Virus record (IMG/VR): IMGVR_UViG_2541047712_000007
Strand: one strand, 5' to 3'
DNA from: a virus
Taxonomy: Duplodnaviria; Heunggongvirae; Uroviricota; Caudoviricetes
Length of the DNA: 16,704 nt
The notes beneath the pieces were generated by a model, which searched no databases, had not been told where the DNA came from, and saw nothing but the letters and a program-made list of their open reading frames with translations. Positions 15,391-16,704 of this stretch are shown piece by piece. A program made the position numbers and the translations under genes. Each line of letters starts with the position of its first letter. The stretch's first letter is position 1.

Positions 15391-15450
15391 CCGTTGTTCC
15401 ATTTTGTTCCTTGTTGTTCGTCGTTGTGTCTCGTTGTTTCACGTTGTCCG
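15391..15450. repeat. Six tandem 10-bp repeats (NCGTTGTNYC) 3' of int
   Basis: ccgttgttcc / attttgttcc / ttgttgttcg / tcgttgtgtc / tcgttgtttc / acgttgtccg in an exact 10-bp register. Confidence 0.6.
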
Positions 15451-15474
15451 CGTCCTGAAAAATCGCAAAAAAAA

Positions 15475-16704
15475 TTATATTTCTCTGGCTATTGGCAATG
15501 TGGTTACGTTTTCATGTGTTCCCGCCAGTATCCCTAACCGCTCCGTCCACATATCCAGCGCGTCACGTTTCGCATCCAGATAACGGGAATGGTTATAGAC
15601 TCGTTGCATCCCTGGCATCTGATGACCTGTAAGCTGCTCCACGACGTGAGGATCCACGCCTAAATCGTTCAGCATCGTTGTAAAGGTGCGCCGGATGTCA
15701 TGCAGTGACCAGTGAGGGTGTTTTAGCCTCCTGTGCGCTAATCTGCCGTACTGCGACACGCTTGTTTCCTGTTTCACTTCCCCCAGCAATAAGCCCGTGT
15801 GCCTGTTCTGCTCCACCAGCTGCGTGACGAACGGCAGTATTGCTTCCGGTATGGGCCGGAATATTGCCACCTTCGTTTTGCTGTGTTCTTTCGGCACGGT
15901 CCAGAGCATTTCGGTAAAATCCCACTCGCTGATCTCCGATAACCTCAGTTCTACCGTCCGGCATCCGAAAACAATCAGGAGGCGGATTAGTGCGACGTAG
16001 TAAGGGGAAAATATTTTTTTGTCCAGTGCCTGCAATAATTCGCCAAGTTCTTTGGTGCTTAAGACGCGCTCGCTTATATCCGGTTTTTTCCCAACGTCCG
16101 CCACACTCATATCATCAAGAACGTTGCTGATTGCATAGCGCCGCCTCCGGCAGAACTTAAGCGCCTGTTTGCACGTCTGTAGCAAGAATCCGGCAGTAAC
16201 AGGCGTTCGCTTTGCCACCTGGTCAAAACAGGCCAGCCAGTGCCGTAGCTCGCATTTATCCAGCGGCATAGCACCAATGTGCTGTATTACGTGATTATTA
16301 AGGCGCTTTTTCAGGGCGGCATAATCCACGCGGTTTTCCTTTGCGTACGACTCAAGCCAGTAGGTGAGCGCATCGCCAACCGTTACCGGCTTTAACGCTT
16401 CCTGTACGGTGTAATTCATTTCATGACGTGGATTTTTCCCCTCTGCCAGCCATGCGCGACACTGGGCGGCTTTTTCCCTGGCTGATTTCAGGCTCAGATC
16501 AGGATAATTTCCCAGCTTAATGCGTTCCGGTGGTGCCCCCCTTCCCGTTCCGGCCCTGTAAGTGAAATACCAGGTTAAAAGGCCACTGGTTGAATGCCTG
16601 ACGCTCAGGTTTCCACCGTCATTAAGAAAGGCTGTTTTTTGGGCGGGTGTGCCGTTGATTTTCCTCAGCTGTGTATCGCTCAGTTTGTTAAGTGCTCTGC
16701 TCAT
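15475..16704 (-). CDS. int: Tyrosine integrase, P4-like family (409 aa)
   Basis: C-terminal catalytic signature LHDIRRTF...GHQMPGMQRVYNHSRY (His-x-x-Arg box plus terminal Tyr) and a long N-terminal arm/core-binding region. Start codon is the last three bases of the window. Confidence 0.93.
   Translation of the reverse strand: MSRALNKLSDTQLRKINGTPAQKTAFLNDGGNLSVRHSTSGLLTWYFTYRAGTGRGAPPERIKLGNYPDLSLKSAREKAAQCRAWLAEGKNPRHEMNYTVQEALKPVTVGDALTYWLESYAKENRVDYAALKKRLNNHVIQHIGAMPLDKCELRHWLACFDQVAKRTPVTAGFLLQTCKQALKFCRRRRYAISNVLDDMSVADVGKKPDISERVLSTKELGELLQALDKKIFSPYYVALIRLLIVFGCRTVELRLSEISEWDFTEMLWTVPKEHSKTKVAIFRPIPEAILPFVTQLVEQNRHTGLLLGEVKQETSVSQYGRLAHRRLKHPHWSLHDIRRTFTTMLNDLGVDPHVVEQLTGHQMPGMQRVYNHSRYLDAKRDALDMWTERLGILAGTHENVTTLPIAREI

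Larger units (their letters stand above)
1462..16704. mobile_element. Integrated phage satellite, capsid-forming PICI-like (left end somewhere in 1462-2317; right end beyond the window)
   Basis: Contiguous minus-strand block: int, alpA, regulatory module, primase plus iteron ori, SSB, HK97-type capsid/protease/portal/connectors, HNH, TerS, TerL. No tail or lysis genes. It lies directly downstream of the housekeeping gene phoQ. Confidence 0.8.

Overview
The window holds a complete phoQ (1-1461, + strand; E. coli-type PhoQ) followed by about 15 kb of an integrated phage satellite transcribed almost entirely on the minus strand and running to the right edge (integrase start codon at 16704, so the integrase-proximal att site is outside the window). 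The island carries a tyrosine integrase, AlpA, a divergent ribbon-helix-helix regulator with a triple palindromic operator, six small translationally coupled ORFs, a P4-family primase/helicase, an iteron origin, SSB, and a full HK97-type head and packaging set (major capsid, prohead protease, portal, head-tail adaptor, gp6-like connector, HNH, TerS, TerL). No tail, tape-measure, baseplate or lysis genes are present, which is the gene content of a capsid-forming phage-inducible chromosomal island (cf-PICI-like satellite). Between TerL and phoQ lies roughly 850 bp without a convincing gene, containing a degenerate direct-repeat array with variable hairpin segments. No rRNA, tRNA or CRISPR array was found. 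All protein calls are by reading the translations against remembered family signatures; no database search was run.
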